52,859 nucleotides of DNA from a virus (IMGVR_UViG_3300027816_000137:1-52859); one strand, 5' to 3'; positions 10,308-20,570 are shown, counted from the first letter of the stretch. Notes: generated by a model not told the origin, from the letters alone. Numbers and translations: made by a program.

Positions 10308-11131
10308 TGAACGCAAACGGACTATATAATGGATTGGAGGGATACATTGTTCCTGGCACTAATAGTGGTGTTGGGAATGGTGTGGCTAATGGTGCTTATG
10401 GAGAACCTTCTGATGCTGGGAATGTAATACCTGCTAATCCAGTATTGAATGTTGATGCTTCTAAAAAAAGTTCGTACCCAGGATTTGGAACAACTTGGTT
10501 TGACTTAAGTGGTGGTAATATAAATGGTACATTAACAAACTCACCAACTTATAATACAACAAATGGTGGTAGTTTTAGTTTTAATGGTAGTAATACTTAC
10601 GTAGAATTTGGAGACGTATTAGATTTAGGTACTAATGATTTAACAGTAAATCAATGGCTTTATCTTAATTCTTATGGTAATTATTATATATTATCTAAAT
10701 CATTATCTGGTGCTCAAAATTTTAGATTTGGTGTTAGTATTGGATTTGCATTATTAGGAATAAATGATAGACTTGGTGCTTTTATGCAAGGTAATGGAGG
10801 AAGTGATATAGCTACTTACGGTTCAACATTATTACCGCTTAATACTTGGTTTCTTGCTACATTTGTTTACACAAGAAATTCAAATATTAGAATATTTTAT
10901 AATGGTAGAGAAGAGGTGTTAAATGGAAATTCTACGATTTCACAATGGAATGGGTTAGATTTTCAATCAATAAACCCATTTAGAATTGGAGGATTAACTG
11001 CATCAAATAATACAGGTATTCAAAATGTATTTAATGGCAGAATTGCTACAACTCAAGTTTATTTTAGGTCGTTAAATCAATCTGAAATATTACAGTATTA
11101 TTTATCTACAAAATCAAGATATAATATATGA
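10307..11131 (+). CDS. Concanavalin A-like (LamG) lectin-domain virion protein
   Basis: DASKKSSYPGFGTTWFDLSG...FSFNGSN...FNGRIA..QVYFRSL pattern; ATG 10307 overlaps the upstream TAA. Confidence 0.8.
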   Translation: MNANGLYNGLEGYIVPGTNSGVGNGVANGAYGEPSDAGNVIPANPVLNVDASKKSSYPGFGTTWFDLSGGNINGTLTNSPTYNTTNGGSFSFNGSNTYVEFGDVLDLGTNDLTVNQWLYLNSYGNYYILSKSLSGAQNFRFGVSIGFALLGINDRLGAFMQGNGGSDIATYGSTLLPLNTWFLATFVYTRNSNIRIFYNGREEVLNGNSTISQWNGLDFQSINPFRIGGLTASNNTGIQNVFNGRIATTQVYFRSLNQSEILQYYLSTKSRYNI

Positions 11132-11670
11132 CATACAATTTTGACTTTAACATTGAAAAGGATGGCAGCCCTTACCTAACAAGCGATAAGGCAGCTAAGT
11201 ACATCAGCGATATTCTTTATACAAGAGTATCTTCTGACAAGCCTCTTTTAGAATCGAGAGTGGCTGAAGAGCTTGCCTCTACATTAGAAACAACTCTGTC
11301 TGAAGATGAAAGAGTGTACATCCTTAACATCCTTCTCTCTTTAGGAATAGACAACTATGCTAAGGGTAAGCTGGTTCATCCGCTTGTACAGGATGTTGTG
11401 GATGGTGTTCCTGTAATGGTTACAAGGTGGCAGTTAAGAGCGCAGCTTGCTATTCAAGGATTAGAGGCAAACGTAACAGCTGCTATCAACGCACTTCCTG
11501 ACAGCACACAGCAGGAACAGGAGTTTAAAATTAAGGCTCAATACGCTTGGGATTATTCTAACAACATCGAAAGGACAAGTCCTACTGTTACAATGATTCA
11601 GGCTGTGTTAGGACTTACAGATAGTGAGGTGGATGACATATTTGTTAACGCTTATTCAATAGACATTTAA
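11128..11670 (+). CDS. Tail-fibre-associated/chaperone-like protein
   Basis: VTRWQLRAQL...AWDYSNNIERTSP...VDDIF pattern, typical of genes next to fibre genes. Confidence 0.55.
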   Translation: MTYNFDFNIEKDGSPYLTSDKAAKYISDILYTRVSSDKPLLESRVAEELASTLETTLSEDERVYILNILLSLGIDNYAKGKLVHPLVQDVVDGVPVMVTRWQLRAQLAIQGLEANVTAAINALPDSTQQEQEFKIKAQYAWDYSNNIERTSPTVTMIQAVLGLTDSEVDDIFVNAYSIDI

Positions 11671-11972
11671 TGGCATTAGACTTCCCATCTTCACCAACGC
11701 TTAATCAGGTTTACACTTCAGGAGGTACATCTTGGAAGTGGAATGGTTATGCTTGGGATGCTTTCAATCCTTACAATACAATAAGGAGGTTTGCTCAAAG
11801 TGGCTCATTTCTTTATTGTGGAACAGCTTTGTCTGGAAGTAGTGAAAGTGCAACTGTGTGGACTATTATAAGATTAACAATAGCAGCAGATGGGAGTGTT
11901 ACAGCAACAGCAACAGCACAGCCTGCTGGTGGAACTGATTGGACAAATTTTGCCTCTCATACTTATTCATAG
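11670..11972 (+). CDS. Small virion protein
   Basis: MALDFPSSPTLNQVY...WKWNGYAW fibre N-terminal module. Confidence 0.6.
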   Translation: MALDFPSSPTLNQVYTSGGTSWKWNGYAWDAFNPYNTIRRFAQSGSFLYCGTALSGSSESATVWTIIRLTIAADGSVTATATAQPAGGTDWTNFASHTYS

Positions 11973-11991
11973 ATAATTAAATTGATATACT

Positions 11992-13875
11992 TTGCCAGTT
12001 AGATGGGCCATACAAAACGGAAATTTTAGCAGTAGCTCCACTTGGAATGACGGAGCAACCCTTGGTATTCCTACAACAGGAGATGATGTATATACTAATG
12101 GATTCACTGTTAATATGGATGCTAATGCCACTGTTAATAGTTTGAATAATAGTGTTCTTACAGCTCATTTAACAAGGCTAAATCCTGTAATGACAAGTAA
12201 CACTACGCCATCTGGTGTTGCTAGTGCTAGTAGTGGTGGTGCTACTGCTTATCTTGCATTCGATGGTCTTCTTGGTGTTAGTGGCCAGTCTTGGGTATCA
12301 TCTGCTGGTGTACCGCAATGGGTTCAATATCAGTTCACATCTTCATTAATTGTACGTTCTTATTCTATTTTTTATAATGGGTTAGTTGCTGGAAAACCAG
12401 TAAATTTTAACTTACAAGGTAGTAATGATGGAACAACATTTGTGACACTTGATACAAGAACAGGATTCGTGTTTACAAATGGGCAATATAATACACTAAC
12501 AATAACCAATCCTACAACTGCTTATTCTTATTATAGACTAAATGTAACTGCAACAGATTCAGGAAACCCATCAGTAGTAGAACTAACATTCAACGAAGCA
12601 GGTATAACAACAACAGCAGGCGGCTCATTCAATTTCAACACAGCAGGTGTTACTGTTAGTGCTACGAGTACATCAGCTTCATTAAGTGCAGGTGCTACAA
12701 ACCTTATTACTGTCACTGCTACAACAGGAACAGTTACATTGAGTTTGGGGAGTGCTGTGGCAACTTCATTACCTAATTCAACACAAATATTTAACTATAC
12801 TGGGAACTGTAATTTTACTTTGAATGGAATCAGGTTTACTGGTGGTACTACTGGAGCTAATGCTGTATGTATATTAAAATCATCTACAGGGACTATTACA
12901 ATAACAGGAGATTTAGTAGGAGGAGGAAATAATAATCCACCTTGTTTATCTTCAACAGCAGGGAACACAGTTGTCATAGGGAATGTATTTGGTAGTGCAG
13001 CAGGCTTTGGAATATCCCAATCAGCAGGAAACGTAACAGTAACAGGAAATGTTACAGGTGGTACAGGTTCATCTATTCATGGCATATCCCTAACAGGAGC
13101 AGCATCACAATTCACTATTAATGGGAACGTTACAGGCGGTAGTGGTGGTAGTGCTCATGGCATTAACTTTGGTGGTACATTAGGAACTGTTAATGGTAAT
13201 GTTACAGGTGGAGGTGGTTCTTTTGCGCATGGGATTAGTACAACTACAGGAGGTGTAAATGTTACAGGAAATGTTATAGGGAATGTGGGTGCTGGTATGA
13301 CTATATCAGCTAACAGTACAATTATAGGAAATGTCTTTGCTGGAGGTGCAAATAATGGTATTGGTAATCAAAATAACAACTCCTTCACCGTTACAGTAAC
13401 AGGTGATGTATATGCCTCTACAACACAACCAGGAATACAATTAATAGGCACAGGAACACAAGTGGTAAACCTTACAGGCAATATGTACAACACACTTGGA
13501 AGAAGTGCAATATGGTGTCCTAACGTTTTCATCTCTAATACAGCAACAACTCTTTGGAGAATGGATACAGGAGGTGGTAATTACAAGTTCCTGTATTCAG
13601 CAGATAGCACTCCTAACCTTCCTGCTACAACAAACGTAAGAAACGGTGTAACATTTGGTCCTGCTCTATCTTTAACAGGAACAATGGTGACAGTAAGTGC
13701 TGCTAACACAAGAAAGGATGTGCCTACAGACAACACAGTAGGAACAGGAGAGCTGACAAGTGCTGACATCATAAGTGGCATTAATGCAAGCTCTGACAGC
13801 CTTGCTGTAAGACTGAAGAACACACTGACAGATGTAACAGCAGGAAATATTATCTCACAATATAATAATTCGTAA
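11992..13875 (+). CDS. Beta-helical fibre/spike protein with an inserted discoidin (F5/8 type C-like) domain
   Basis: TTG start; many GNVTGG repeats; AFDG...WVS...QWVQYQF...LQGSNDG...YSYYRLNV discoidin pattern. Confidence 0.75.
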   Translation: MPVRWAIQNGNFSSSSTWNDGATLGIPTTGDDVYTNGFTVNMDANATVNSLNNSVLTAHLTRLNPVMTSNTTPSGVASASSGGATAYLAFDGLLGVSGQSWVSSAGVPQWVQYQFTSSLIVRSYSIFYNGLVAGKPVNFNLQGSNDGTTFVTLDTRTGFVFTNGQYNTLTITNPTTAYSYYRLNVTATDSGNPSVVELTFNEAGITTTAGGSFNFNTAGVTVSATSTSASLSAGATNLITVTATTGTVTLSLGSAVATSLPNSTQIFNYTGNCNFTLNGIRFTGGTTGANAVCILKSSTGTITITGDLVGGGNNNPPCLSSTAGNTVVIGNVFGSAAGFGISQSAGNVTVTGNVTGGTGSSIHGISLTGAASQFTINGNVTGGSGGSAHGINFGGTLGTVNGNVTGGGGSFAHGISTTTGGVNVTGNVIGNVGAGMTISANSTIIGNVFAGGANNGIGNQNNNSFTVTVTGDVYASTTQPGIQLIGTGTQVVNLTGNMYNTLGRSAIWCPNVFISNTATTLWRMDTGGGNYKFLYSADSTPNLPATTNVRNGVTFGPALSLTGTMVTVSAANTRKDVPTDNTVGTGELTSADIISGINASSDSLAVRLKNTLTDVTAGNIISQYNNS

Positions 13876-15167
13876 TGGCATTAGTAAGAGCGGTAAAAAG
13901 TGGGAATTGGAGTGATACAACTGTATGGAATACAGGTGCTTTACCTACATCAGCAGACGATGTGTACAGCAATACTTTTACTGTTAGTGTGGATGTAAGT
14001 TTTACTGTCTTGTCTTTAAATAGCATTGCAGGAACAGGGATAACAGCAGGCGGTTCATTTGCTTTCAATACAGCAGTAGTCACAGGCAATGTTACAAGCG
14101 CAACTCCTTTAAATCCAGGTGCTACAAATCTTATTCAGGTGACAGCAACAACAGGAACTGTTACGATTAGTTTGGGAGGGAATGTTGCTCCAAGGGGTGT
14201 AACAAATGATGTATTGATTTTATATAGTGGTAACTGTAACTTAAATATATCTGGAACTAACTTCAATGGTACAACAAATGGCAATACAAACTCTTGCATA
14301 AGCAAAACATCAGCAGGATTAATAACTATTACAGGAAATGTAAATGGTGGTAACGCTGGAGCTAATACTGGAGCTCAAGCGTTTGTTTCTACAAATGGAA
14401 ACACCATAATAATAGGAAATGTTACAGGAGGTATTGGTTCAGGTGGTGGTCATAGAGGAGTAAACCAATCAGCAGGAACACTTACTATTACAGGTAATGT
14501 AACAGGTGGTCAAACAGCTTTAAGTAATAATGGAATCCTATTTTCAGGAACATCTTTAACAGTTAACGGTGCTTTATTAGGTGGAGCAGCTACTGCAATA
14601 GACTCTTCAGCCCCTGTAAACAATATAACAGGAAACGTAACAGGAGGAACAGTTGCAGCCATATTTTCTTTTTCAGCAAACATCATAAACGTAACAGGAA
14701 CTGTAACAGCATCTGCTACATCTCAAGCCATAAGCATGACAAACGCAAACGGTCAGGTGTATCTAAATGGCAACATGGTGAACAACAACGGTAAGATGGC
14801 AATATATGCTCCTATCGTTTGGCTTGATGCAAACAACACAACACAGGCTGATTTCTTTACAAGTGGCGGTGTGGCAAGAACACTATATTCAGAAGATACA
14901 GTGCCTAACACTCCTGCTGCAAACAACGTAAGAAGTGGAACAACATACGGAGCAGGAAGTACATTAGTCGGGACTATCGTTATGCCAACAGCAGCAAACG
15001 TGAGAAATGGTGTGGTTTACGATAATGGAACAACAGGAATAGCACTATTTACAACATCGCAACTATTAACTGAAATATCAGGTAGCTCTGACGCGGTAGC
15101 AGTAAGGATAAGGAACTGCGCTACTCCTCAGATACTTGGTGAAATATTAGAAGCATATAAAAAATGA
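13875..15167 (+). CDS. Beta-helical fibre/spike protein, paralogue of 11992-13875
   Basis: Same N-terminal, TAGGSF.FNTA, GNVTGG and NVRxG..YG motifs as the upstream gene. Confidence 0.75.
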   Translation: MALVRAVKSGNWSDTTVWNTGALPTSADDVYSNTFTVSVDVSFTVLSLNSIAGTGITAGGSFAFNTAVVTGNVTSATPLNPGATNLIQVTATTGTVTISLGGNVAPRGVTNDVLILYSGNCNLNISGTNFNGTTNGNTNSCISKTSAGLITITGNVNGGNAGANTGAQAFVSTNGNTIIIGNVTGGIGSGGGHRGVNQSAGTLTITGNVTGGQTALSNNGILFSGTSLTVNGALLGGAATAIDSSAPVNNITGNVTGGTVAAIFSFSANIINVTGTVTASATSQAISMTNANGQVYLNGNMVNNNGKMAIYAPIVWLDANNTTQADFFTSGGVARTLYSEDTVPNTPAANNVRSGTTYGAGSTLVGTIVMPTAANVRNGVVYDNGTTGIALFTTSQLLTEISGSSDAVAVRIRNCATPQILGEILEAYKK

Positions 15168-15520
15168 GAGGGTTTATACTACTTATAATCGCTTTGCTCC
15201 TATCGTTAGTAGTTCTTCCGGTAGGATTCGCATTTCAGATAATCACCGCATTATTTCGGGGAATAGACAAGTACTTATTCCGCATGGCTAAAAGTATAGA
15301 CCAATTTGGGAATGTAGTATGCGAGCACTTGTTTAACGTGACCTTGATTAAGAAGGGAGGGTACAAGTTCGGAAATGAAGACGTGACAATCTCTCACGTG
15401 TTGGGTATAAACAAAAAGATTAACACATTGACTTTTACAGGTAAACTCTTATCCGATTTATTAAATTTGATTGAAAAAGACCACGTAGAAAAAGCAATAG
15501 AATATGAGCGCAAAGATTGA
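15164..15520 (+). CDS. Conserved phage membrane protein
   Basis: N-terminal TM segment; SIDQFGNV...FGNEDVTISHVLG motif. Confidence 0.6.
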   Translation: MRGFILLIIALLLSLVVLPVGFAFQIITALFRGIDKYLFRMAKSIDQFGNVVCEHLFNVTLIKKGGYKFGNEDVTISHVLGINKKINTLTFTGKLLSDLLNLIEKDHVEKAIEYERKD

Positions 15521-15668
15521 ACCATTAATGATGTCATTGCTAAGCATTATGGCATTCGTAACCCAAAATGACGTAGTTTTCGTCTTCACAATAACAGGTT
15601 ATTCTGTTTGGATTTTACGCAACTTGCCAGCAGCTATCAAAGTAATTAAATCAATTAAAAAGAAGTAA
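15504..15668 (+). CDS. Small membrane protein (holin/antiholin candidate), 54 aa, absent from the ORF track
   Basis: MSAKIEPLMMSLLSIMAFVTQNDVVFVFTITGYSVWILRNLPAAIKVIKSIKKK; hydrophobic with a basic tail; fills the gap exactly. Confidence 0.6.
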   Translation: MSAKIEPLMMSLLSIMAFVTQNDVVFVFTITGYSVWILRNLPAAIKVIKSIKKK

Positions 15669-15669
15669 T

Positions 15670-15903
15670 ATGCCGGAATGGTTAAAAAGACTCACGAAGA
15701 CAGACATCCGTAATACCCTTGCAATATTTATTGTAGTTGGATGCTTTATCTTAATGTATCTACTACAGATGAAACCTATCCCTGAGCAGAACCACGACCT
15801 TGTATTAACAGTAGGAGGATTCATATTTGGAGGAGCATTAGCAGGAGTGGTAGGGTATTACTTTGGTAGTACCAAAACAGATAAAAAGGCTGACTCTGAA
15901 TAA
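15670..15903 (+). CDS. Holin candidate (2 TM)
   Basis: Two hydrophobic helices, a VVGYYFGS motif and a charged C-terminus. Confidence 0.6.
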   Translation: MPEWLKRLTKTDIRNTLAIFIVVGCFILMYLLQMKPIPEQNHDLVLTVGGFIFGGALAGVVGYYFGSTKTDKKADSE

Positions 15904-15914
15904 ACACGCAAACA

Positions 15915-16841
15915 ATGAGGGCACTATTCCTTACTTTGTTTTTTTTATATTCGTGTAGTAAGAATGATAACGTAAGCATACCTTCAATCAAATTAGAGGT
16001 TTGCGAATTACCTAATGGCGAGTACAATACTATATTTAGGATGCCTCCTAAAGAGCAAGAAGAAGCACTTAGAAGAAGTGGTGGTAAAACAAGAGACACA
16101 GATAGAGACGGTATAACTGACGAACAAGATAACTGTCCTGTAACATTCAATCCAGACCAGTTAGACTCTGATAAAGATGGAATAGGAGATGCTTGTGACG
16201 CAACACCATTCCCTCCTCCTCCAGCATTTGGACAGTGGGTGATATTTTTAGACTTCGATGGTCAGAACATTACTAGTCCTGAATGGGTTGCTCAAAATGG
16301 AGGTAATCCTTTTTATGCAACTCCTTCTGGTCTTAGCTCAACAGAGGTTAATAATATTGTAGATTCTGTTAGAAAAGACTATCAGCAGTTTGCTCCAATA
16401 GCAATTACCACAGACTCAGCTGTTTACAACGCTGCTTCTCTTGTAAGAAGACAGAGGGTGGTGATAACAGAAAACTTTGAATGGTATTGTGGACCAACAG
16501 CTTGTGCTGGAGGTGTTGCTTATATAGGGTCTATAGAATGGGGGAAAGATGTTCCTTGTTTTGTGTTTAGTAAAGCTCTGTCATATAGACAAAAGTATAT
16601 TGCAGAAGCGATTTCACACGAAACAGGACACACGTTAGGGCTCTACCATCAAATCTTATGTACTGGAACAACTTTTGTAAGAGAACATAATTCTGGAAGT
16701 GGTACTTCTACAACAGGAAGTTCCCCAATAATGGGCAGTTCATATACAAGACCTGGATATTGGTGGATAGGGCCTAATTCATTTGGATGTTCAAATATTC
16801 AAAACGATAGTGTAATCATTAGACAAAAAGTAGGATATTAA
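15915..16841 (+). CDS. Lipoprotein zinc metalloprotease (metzincin) with thrombospondin type-3 repeats
   Basis: Lipobox LYSC; [15 protein letters not shown]...[12 protein letters not shown]; [11 protein letters not shown]; Met-turn PIMG. Confidence 0.85.
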   Translation: MRALFLTLFFLYSCSKNDNVSIPSIKLEVCELPNGEYNTIFRMPPKEQEEALRRSGGKTRDTDRDGITDEQDNCPVTFNPDQLDSDKDGIGDACDATPFPPPPAFGQWVIFLDFDGQNITSPEWVAQNGGNPFYATPSGLSSTEVNNIVDSVRKDYQQFAPIAITTDSAVYNAASLVRRQRVVITENFEWYCGPTACAGGVAYIGSIEWGKDVPCFVFSKALSYRQKYIAEAISHETGHTLGLYHQILCTGTTFVREHNSGSGTSTTGSSPIMGSSYTRPGYWWIGPNSFGCSNIQNDSVIIRQKVGY

Positions 16842-16842
16842 T

Positions 16843-17076
16843 ATGAGAATTGATAGAGATATGCACTTAAAAGCTGGGTGCGCTATTAGCTTCGTTGCTT
16901 TGATATTCTTTGAAGCCATAAATGCTCATTGGATGTGGGTAGTTAGTGCTGTGTTCGGTGCAGCTCTTTTTAAGGAATTAAAAGATTGGCACGATTACGG
17001 AAAGTTTGATATCTTTGATGCGTTATATACCATAGCTGGAGGTAGTATCGGTATAGCACTCGCAATCTTTACATAA
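16843..17076 (+). CDS. Small membrane protein
   Basis: Three hydrophobic segments; KELKD...FDIFDALYTIAG motif. Confidence 0.6.
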   Translation: MRIDRDMHLKAGCAISFVALIFFEAINAHWMWVVSAVFGAALFKELKDWHDYGKFDIFDALYTIAGGSIGIALAIFT

Positions 17077-17651
17077 TGAGATACATAACATTTTTATTTT
17101 TATCGCTATTTTTAGTGTCCTGTTTACTGCCAAAGAAACTTGACAAGTTCTTTGACAAGAAACCGACTTTAGCAGCAAAGAAATGCGAAGAGGTGTTTCC
17201 AATAAAGGAAACTACAGATACCGTTACTGTTATAGATTCTGCAATGATGCAAGCATATGAGATGGAGTTTGTATATCTCCACTCAATACTTGACAGCTTG
17301 TTAGGTGGTGGGGTTTCCGATTCGGTAAAACGTGAAATAGTTACCGTATTTCAGGAAAAGAAAGTTCCTGTTATCAAATATAAGTACATTACAAAGACTG
17401 TTGAAAGTACGGCAAAGATTCAAGTTATCAAGGATTCCTTAACTACTATTATTGATGAGTTAGCTGAAGATGTAAAAGAGAAGCATAACGAATACATAGC
17501 TACTTACTATGATTACACCATAGAAAGAGAAAAAGCGGAAAAGTTTAAAAGGCAAAGAAATAGCCTGTATTGGTGGCTATTGATTTTGATAGGTTTATTG
17601 TTTCGCAGACCTGTTGTAAGGGCAGCATCTAAATTAATCACTAAAATTTAA
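17076..17651 (+). CDS. Unimolecular spanin candidate
   Basis: N-terminal lipobox LVSC, coiled-coil middle, C-terminal TM (LYWWLLILIGLLF) then a basic tail; in the lysis block. Confidence 0.7.
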   Translation: MRYITFLFLSLFLVSCLLPKKLDKFFDKKPTLAAKKCEEVFPIKETTDTVTVIDSAMMQAYEMEFVYLHSILDSLLGGGVSDSVKREIVTVFQEKKVPVIKYKYITKTVESTAKIQVIKDSLTTIIDELAEDVKEKHNEYIATYYDYTIEREKAEKFKRQRNSLYWWLLILIGLLFRRPVVRAASKLITKI

Positions 17652-17655
17652 TCAT

Positions 17656-17958
17656 ATGTTTTTAGAAATAGCGCCATTATCAGAAAGTTTTGATATGTTC
17701 ATCGCTCTTGCATTCTGCTATCTTCCTCCGTTTATTTGGTTTTACTTTGGCTACAAAGCATCTAAAAGCGGAAGCTACTATAAAAAGCAGCGTGAAAATA
17801 TGCCTCCCGGATATTATGAGTGGGCCGAGTCAGATATAAATGTTTCCTTTTGGAAAACAGGCTATTTTTATTTTGGATTGACATGGCTTATTTTAGGAAG
17901 TATTTTCTTTTGGGCTTTGCTGTGGCCCGACCATTCTGACGTTTGGTTTGTCAAATAA
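17656..17958 (+). CDS. Membrane protein (2 TM)
   Basis: Two aromatic-rich hydrophobic segments. Confidence 0.6.
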   Translation: MFLEIAPLSESFDMFIALAFCYLPPFIWFYFGYKASKSGSYYKKQRENMPPGYYEWAESDINVSFWKTGYFYFGLTWLILGSIFFWALLWPDHSDVWFVK

Positions 17959-17962
17959 TGTC

Positions 17963-17979
17963 TTGACAAAATTTGTCAA
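17963..17979. promoter_or_regulatory. 17-bp dyad TTGACAAA-A-TTTGTCAA
   Basis: Perfect inverted repeat in an intergenic gap. Confidence 0.4.
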
Positions 17980-17991
17980 AAGTAAATCTAT

Positions 17992-18393
17992 ATGCTGACA
18001 TTCATCTTACCTGCAATATCTGCTGTTATTTGTGCCGCAATCGAATATTTGCGTATCAAAGCAACTCAGGGTAAGGTAGCGAATGTGAGTAAGTTTTGGA
18101 GCGTTACAATAGCTTTCGTCTTTTTCGGCTTCTGTTTGGCTTTATCGATTGATTATTACGACTACATCCTTCCACACCACGTTTTATTTTATGGATTATA
18201 CTTTGTAGGGTGCAGAGGGTTGATATACGATGTAGTTTTGAATCTTCTAAGAGGTCTTAAATACAATTACGTTTCACATACAACAAACAGCTTTATAGAC
18301 CGTATCATTACTAATAAGTACTCATTTATTGTTATAAAGTTTGCATACTTGCTTATTATGATTATATTTGGGGTACTATGGCAATTGCGTTAG
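17992..18393 (+). CDS. Membrane protein (4 TM)
   Basis: Multiple hydrophobic helices; YDVVLNLLRGL..NYVS motif. Confidence 0.6.
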   Translation: MLTFILPAISAVICAAIEYLRIKATQGKVANVSKFWSVTIAFVFFGFCLALSIDYYDYILPHHVLFYGLYFVGCRGLIYDVVLNLLRGLKYNYVSHTTNSFIDRIITNKYSFIVIKFAYLLIMIIFGVLWQLR

Positions 18394-18596
18394 TAAAGTA
18401 CGACTTAAGTAACGAAGACGACAAGATGGACTACAAGAGAGCCAATGCAAGCCTGAATATGGCTTGTTTCATCTTTGAGGTACTTATAAATGGTAAAAAG
18501 AAGTTCAGAGATTGCGATGATGCCGATAAGATATGGGAGTATTTATGGGAGACAGCAAAAGATAATGGAGTCGAAATAGACAACCTAATCCAATGA
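18378..18596 (+). CDS. Hypothetical protein
   Basis: Overlaps both neighbouring genes. Confidence 0.55.
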   Translation: MAIALVKYDLSNEDDKMDYKRANASLNMACFIFEVLINGKKKFRDCDDADKIWEYLWETAKDNGVEIDNLIQ

Positions 18597-19636
18597 CTAA
18601 AAAAGAAAAGTCTGCAATAATAACTGAGTATTGTAAGCAGTACAAAGAATTAAAAGACTATACGCTGGCCAAAAAGATTTACGAGGAAAACAGAAGCACA
18701 TTTGTGTCTATAGATTCAGTAAGAAGTGCTGTTAGAGCAAGAAGAGGACATAATGGAGATTTTAAAAGAGCTGCAACAGCTGATAAATCTCTATATACAG
18801 AGAAGACATACGATACAACCAACTACAAGCCGTTTAAGGAGGTAATAGAAACTGGTGCAAAGATATTAATATTTGATATTGAAACAGCTCCTATAAGGGC
18901 TAAGGTATGGGGTATATGGAATCAGAATATATCTATAGACCAGATAGAGAGCGATTGGTTTATCTTTACTTGGGCAGCTAAATGGCTGTTTGAGGATAAG
19001 GTTTACTCAGGATGCCTTACATCTAAGGAAGCTATAAAGCAGGATGACAAAAGAATACTTAAAGGGATATGGGAGCTGCTGAACGAAGCCGACATTGTTG
19101 TCGCTCACAACGGAGATAAGTTCGATATACCTAAGTTGAATACTAGGTTTTTGCTAGCAGGTATGGAACCGCCATTACCTTACCAATCAGTGGATACCCT
19201 TAAACATATTAAGAGGAACTTTGCATTTACGTCAAATAAACTGGAGTTCGTTAACAGGATGTTGGGGCTACCTAGGAAGTCTAAGCACGAAGGGTTCGAC
19301 CTGTGGAGCAAGTGCTATATTGGTGATAGTGAATCGCTTAAGAATATGCTTGACTACAATGTTAACGATGTTAGGATACTTGAAGAGACGTATCTTAGGC
19401 TGAGACCTTGGATTAAACCCCACCCGAATACGTCACTATTTATTTTGGATGAACACACATACAGATGTCCTACTTGTGGTAGTAAAGACCTTATAGAGCA
19501 GGGGAAGAAGTACTACACTACTGTAAATGCTTATAGTCAGTTCAGGTGTGGAAATTGTGGTGCTACAGGAAGGAAAAGAATTTCCGATATTGCAATAAAG
19601 CAGCGGAGGCATATCCTTTCAAGCAATCCAAAATAA
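18593..19636 (+). CDS. DEDDy/RNase H-like 3'-5' exonuclease with a C-terminal zinc ribbon
   Basis: IFDIET, HNGDKFD and YNVNDV motifs; CPTCG...CGNCG. Confidence 0.85.
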   Translation: MTKKEKSAIITEYCKQYKELKDYTLAKKIYEENRSTFVSIDSVRSAVRARRGHNGDFKRAATADKSLYTEKTYDTTNYKPFKEVIETGAKILIFDIETAPIRAKVWGIWNQNISIDQIESDWFIFTWAAKWLFEDKVYSGCLTSKEAIKQDDKRILKGIWELLNEADIVVAHNGDKFDIPKLNTRFLLAGMEPPLPYQSVDTLKHIKRNFAFTSNKLEFVNRMLGLPRKSKHEGFDLWSKCYIGDSESLKNMLDYNVNDVRILEETYLRLRPWIKPHPNTSLFILDEHTYRCPTCGSKDLIEQGKKYYTTVNAYSQFRCGNCGATGRKRISDIAIKQRRHILSSNPK

Positions 19637-19642
19637 TAGTAT

Positions 19643-19897
19643 ATGATAGACGAAAAAGAGATTATATCACCGATAGAGTATGGTGATAATGAATTATTGA
19701 ATATCATAGACAATCAGTTGATAGTTCTTTCTACCATTGCTGATATAGCTGATTCTGAATACAGAACGTATGACGATGAGATAATAGAGATGAATGTAGT
19801 TAAAAAGAATGCTTATAGGATTATACACGCTGCTCAGAAGAAGATTCAGAAGTACATTAAAACATACGAGTTTAACATAGAAAATAACGATGAGTAA
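19643..19897 (+). CDS. Hypothetical protein
   Basis: ORF packed between the exonuclease and the endolysin. Confidence 0.55.
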   Translation: MIDEKEIISPIEYGDNELLNIIDNQLIVLSTIADIADSEYRTYDDEIIEMNVVKKNAYRIIHAAQKKIQKYIKTYEFNIENNDE

Positions 19898-20507
19898 TAT
19901 GTCATTAGGAATAGATAAGTTAAAAAGCAAGATGCCACCTGTTGCTTATGACAGATTAGTGGATTCATTGTCTAGGACAAAAAGCGTTACTAACAATTTT
20001 AGGTTAGCGCATTTCTTATCTCAGGTGGCTCACGAGTCAGGTAACTTTACAGTTCTATATGAGAACTTAAGGTACTCATCTAATAGGCTAAGGGTTATAT
20101 TTCCTAAGTACTTCCCAACAGTTCAGTTAGCTAATGAGTATGCTATGAAGCCGGAAAGAATTGCTAACAGAGTATATGCTAACAGGATGGGTAATGGTAA
20201 TGAGGCGAGTGGCGATGGATATAAATTCCGTGGGAGAGGATACTTACAGGTTACAGGAAGGTCTAATTACAAGTTATTCAGCGACTATATAGGGGAGGAT
20301 TGCGTAGAGAATCCTGACTTGGTAGCTACTAAGTATCCTATGGATAGTGCTATATGGTTCTTCGATAGAAATAAACTATGGAGCTTGTGCGATAAAGACG
20401 ACAACGCTAGTGTTTTAGCTGTTACTAAGAGGGTTAACGGAGGTACTAATGGTCTTGCTGACAGGCTTACTAAGTTCAGGTTCTTTATGAAGTATTTAAA
20501 CAGCTGA
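19890..20507 (+). CDS. Endolysin, glycoside hydrolase family 19
   Basis: HFLSQVAHESG, ENLRYS, GDGYKFRGRGYLQVTGRSNY and VTKRVNGGTNGLADR motifs. Confidence 0.92.
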   Translation: MSNMSLGIDKLKSKMPPVAYDRLVDSLSRTKSVTNNFRLAHFLSQVAHESGNFTVLYENLRYSSNRLRVIFPKYFPTVQLANEYAMKPERIANRVYANRMGNGNEASGDGYKFRGRGYLQVTGRSNYKLFSDYIGEDCVENPDLVATKYPMDSAIWFFDRNKLWSLCDKDDNASVLAVTKRVNGGTNGLADRLTKFRFFMKYLNS

Positions 20508-20526
20508 CTTCACTTTGTAGTCAACT

Positions 20527-20570
20527 GGTTACAATTTGTAACCGACTTGTTTAGACATTTGTTTAGACAT
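20527..20570. repeat. 17-bp palindrome plus 2x12-bp tandem repeat at the convergence point
   Basis: GGTTACAA-T-TTGTAACC at 20527-20543; TTGTTTAGACAT twice at 20547-20570. Confidence 0.85.

Noticed and set aside
11992-15167. Diversity-generating retroelement (TR/VR pair)
   Set aside because: No reverse transcriptase in the window, and the paralogue differences are not adenine-specific.
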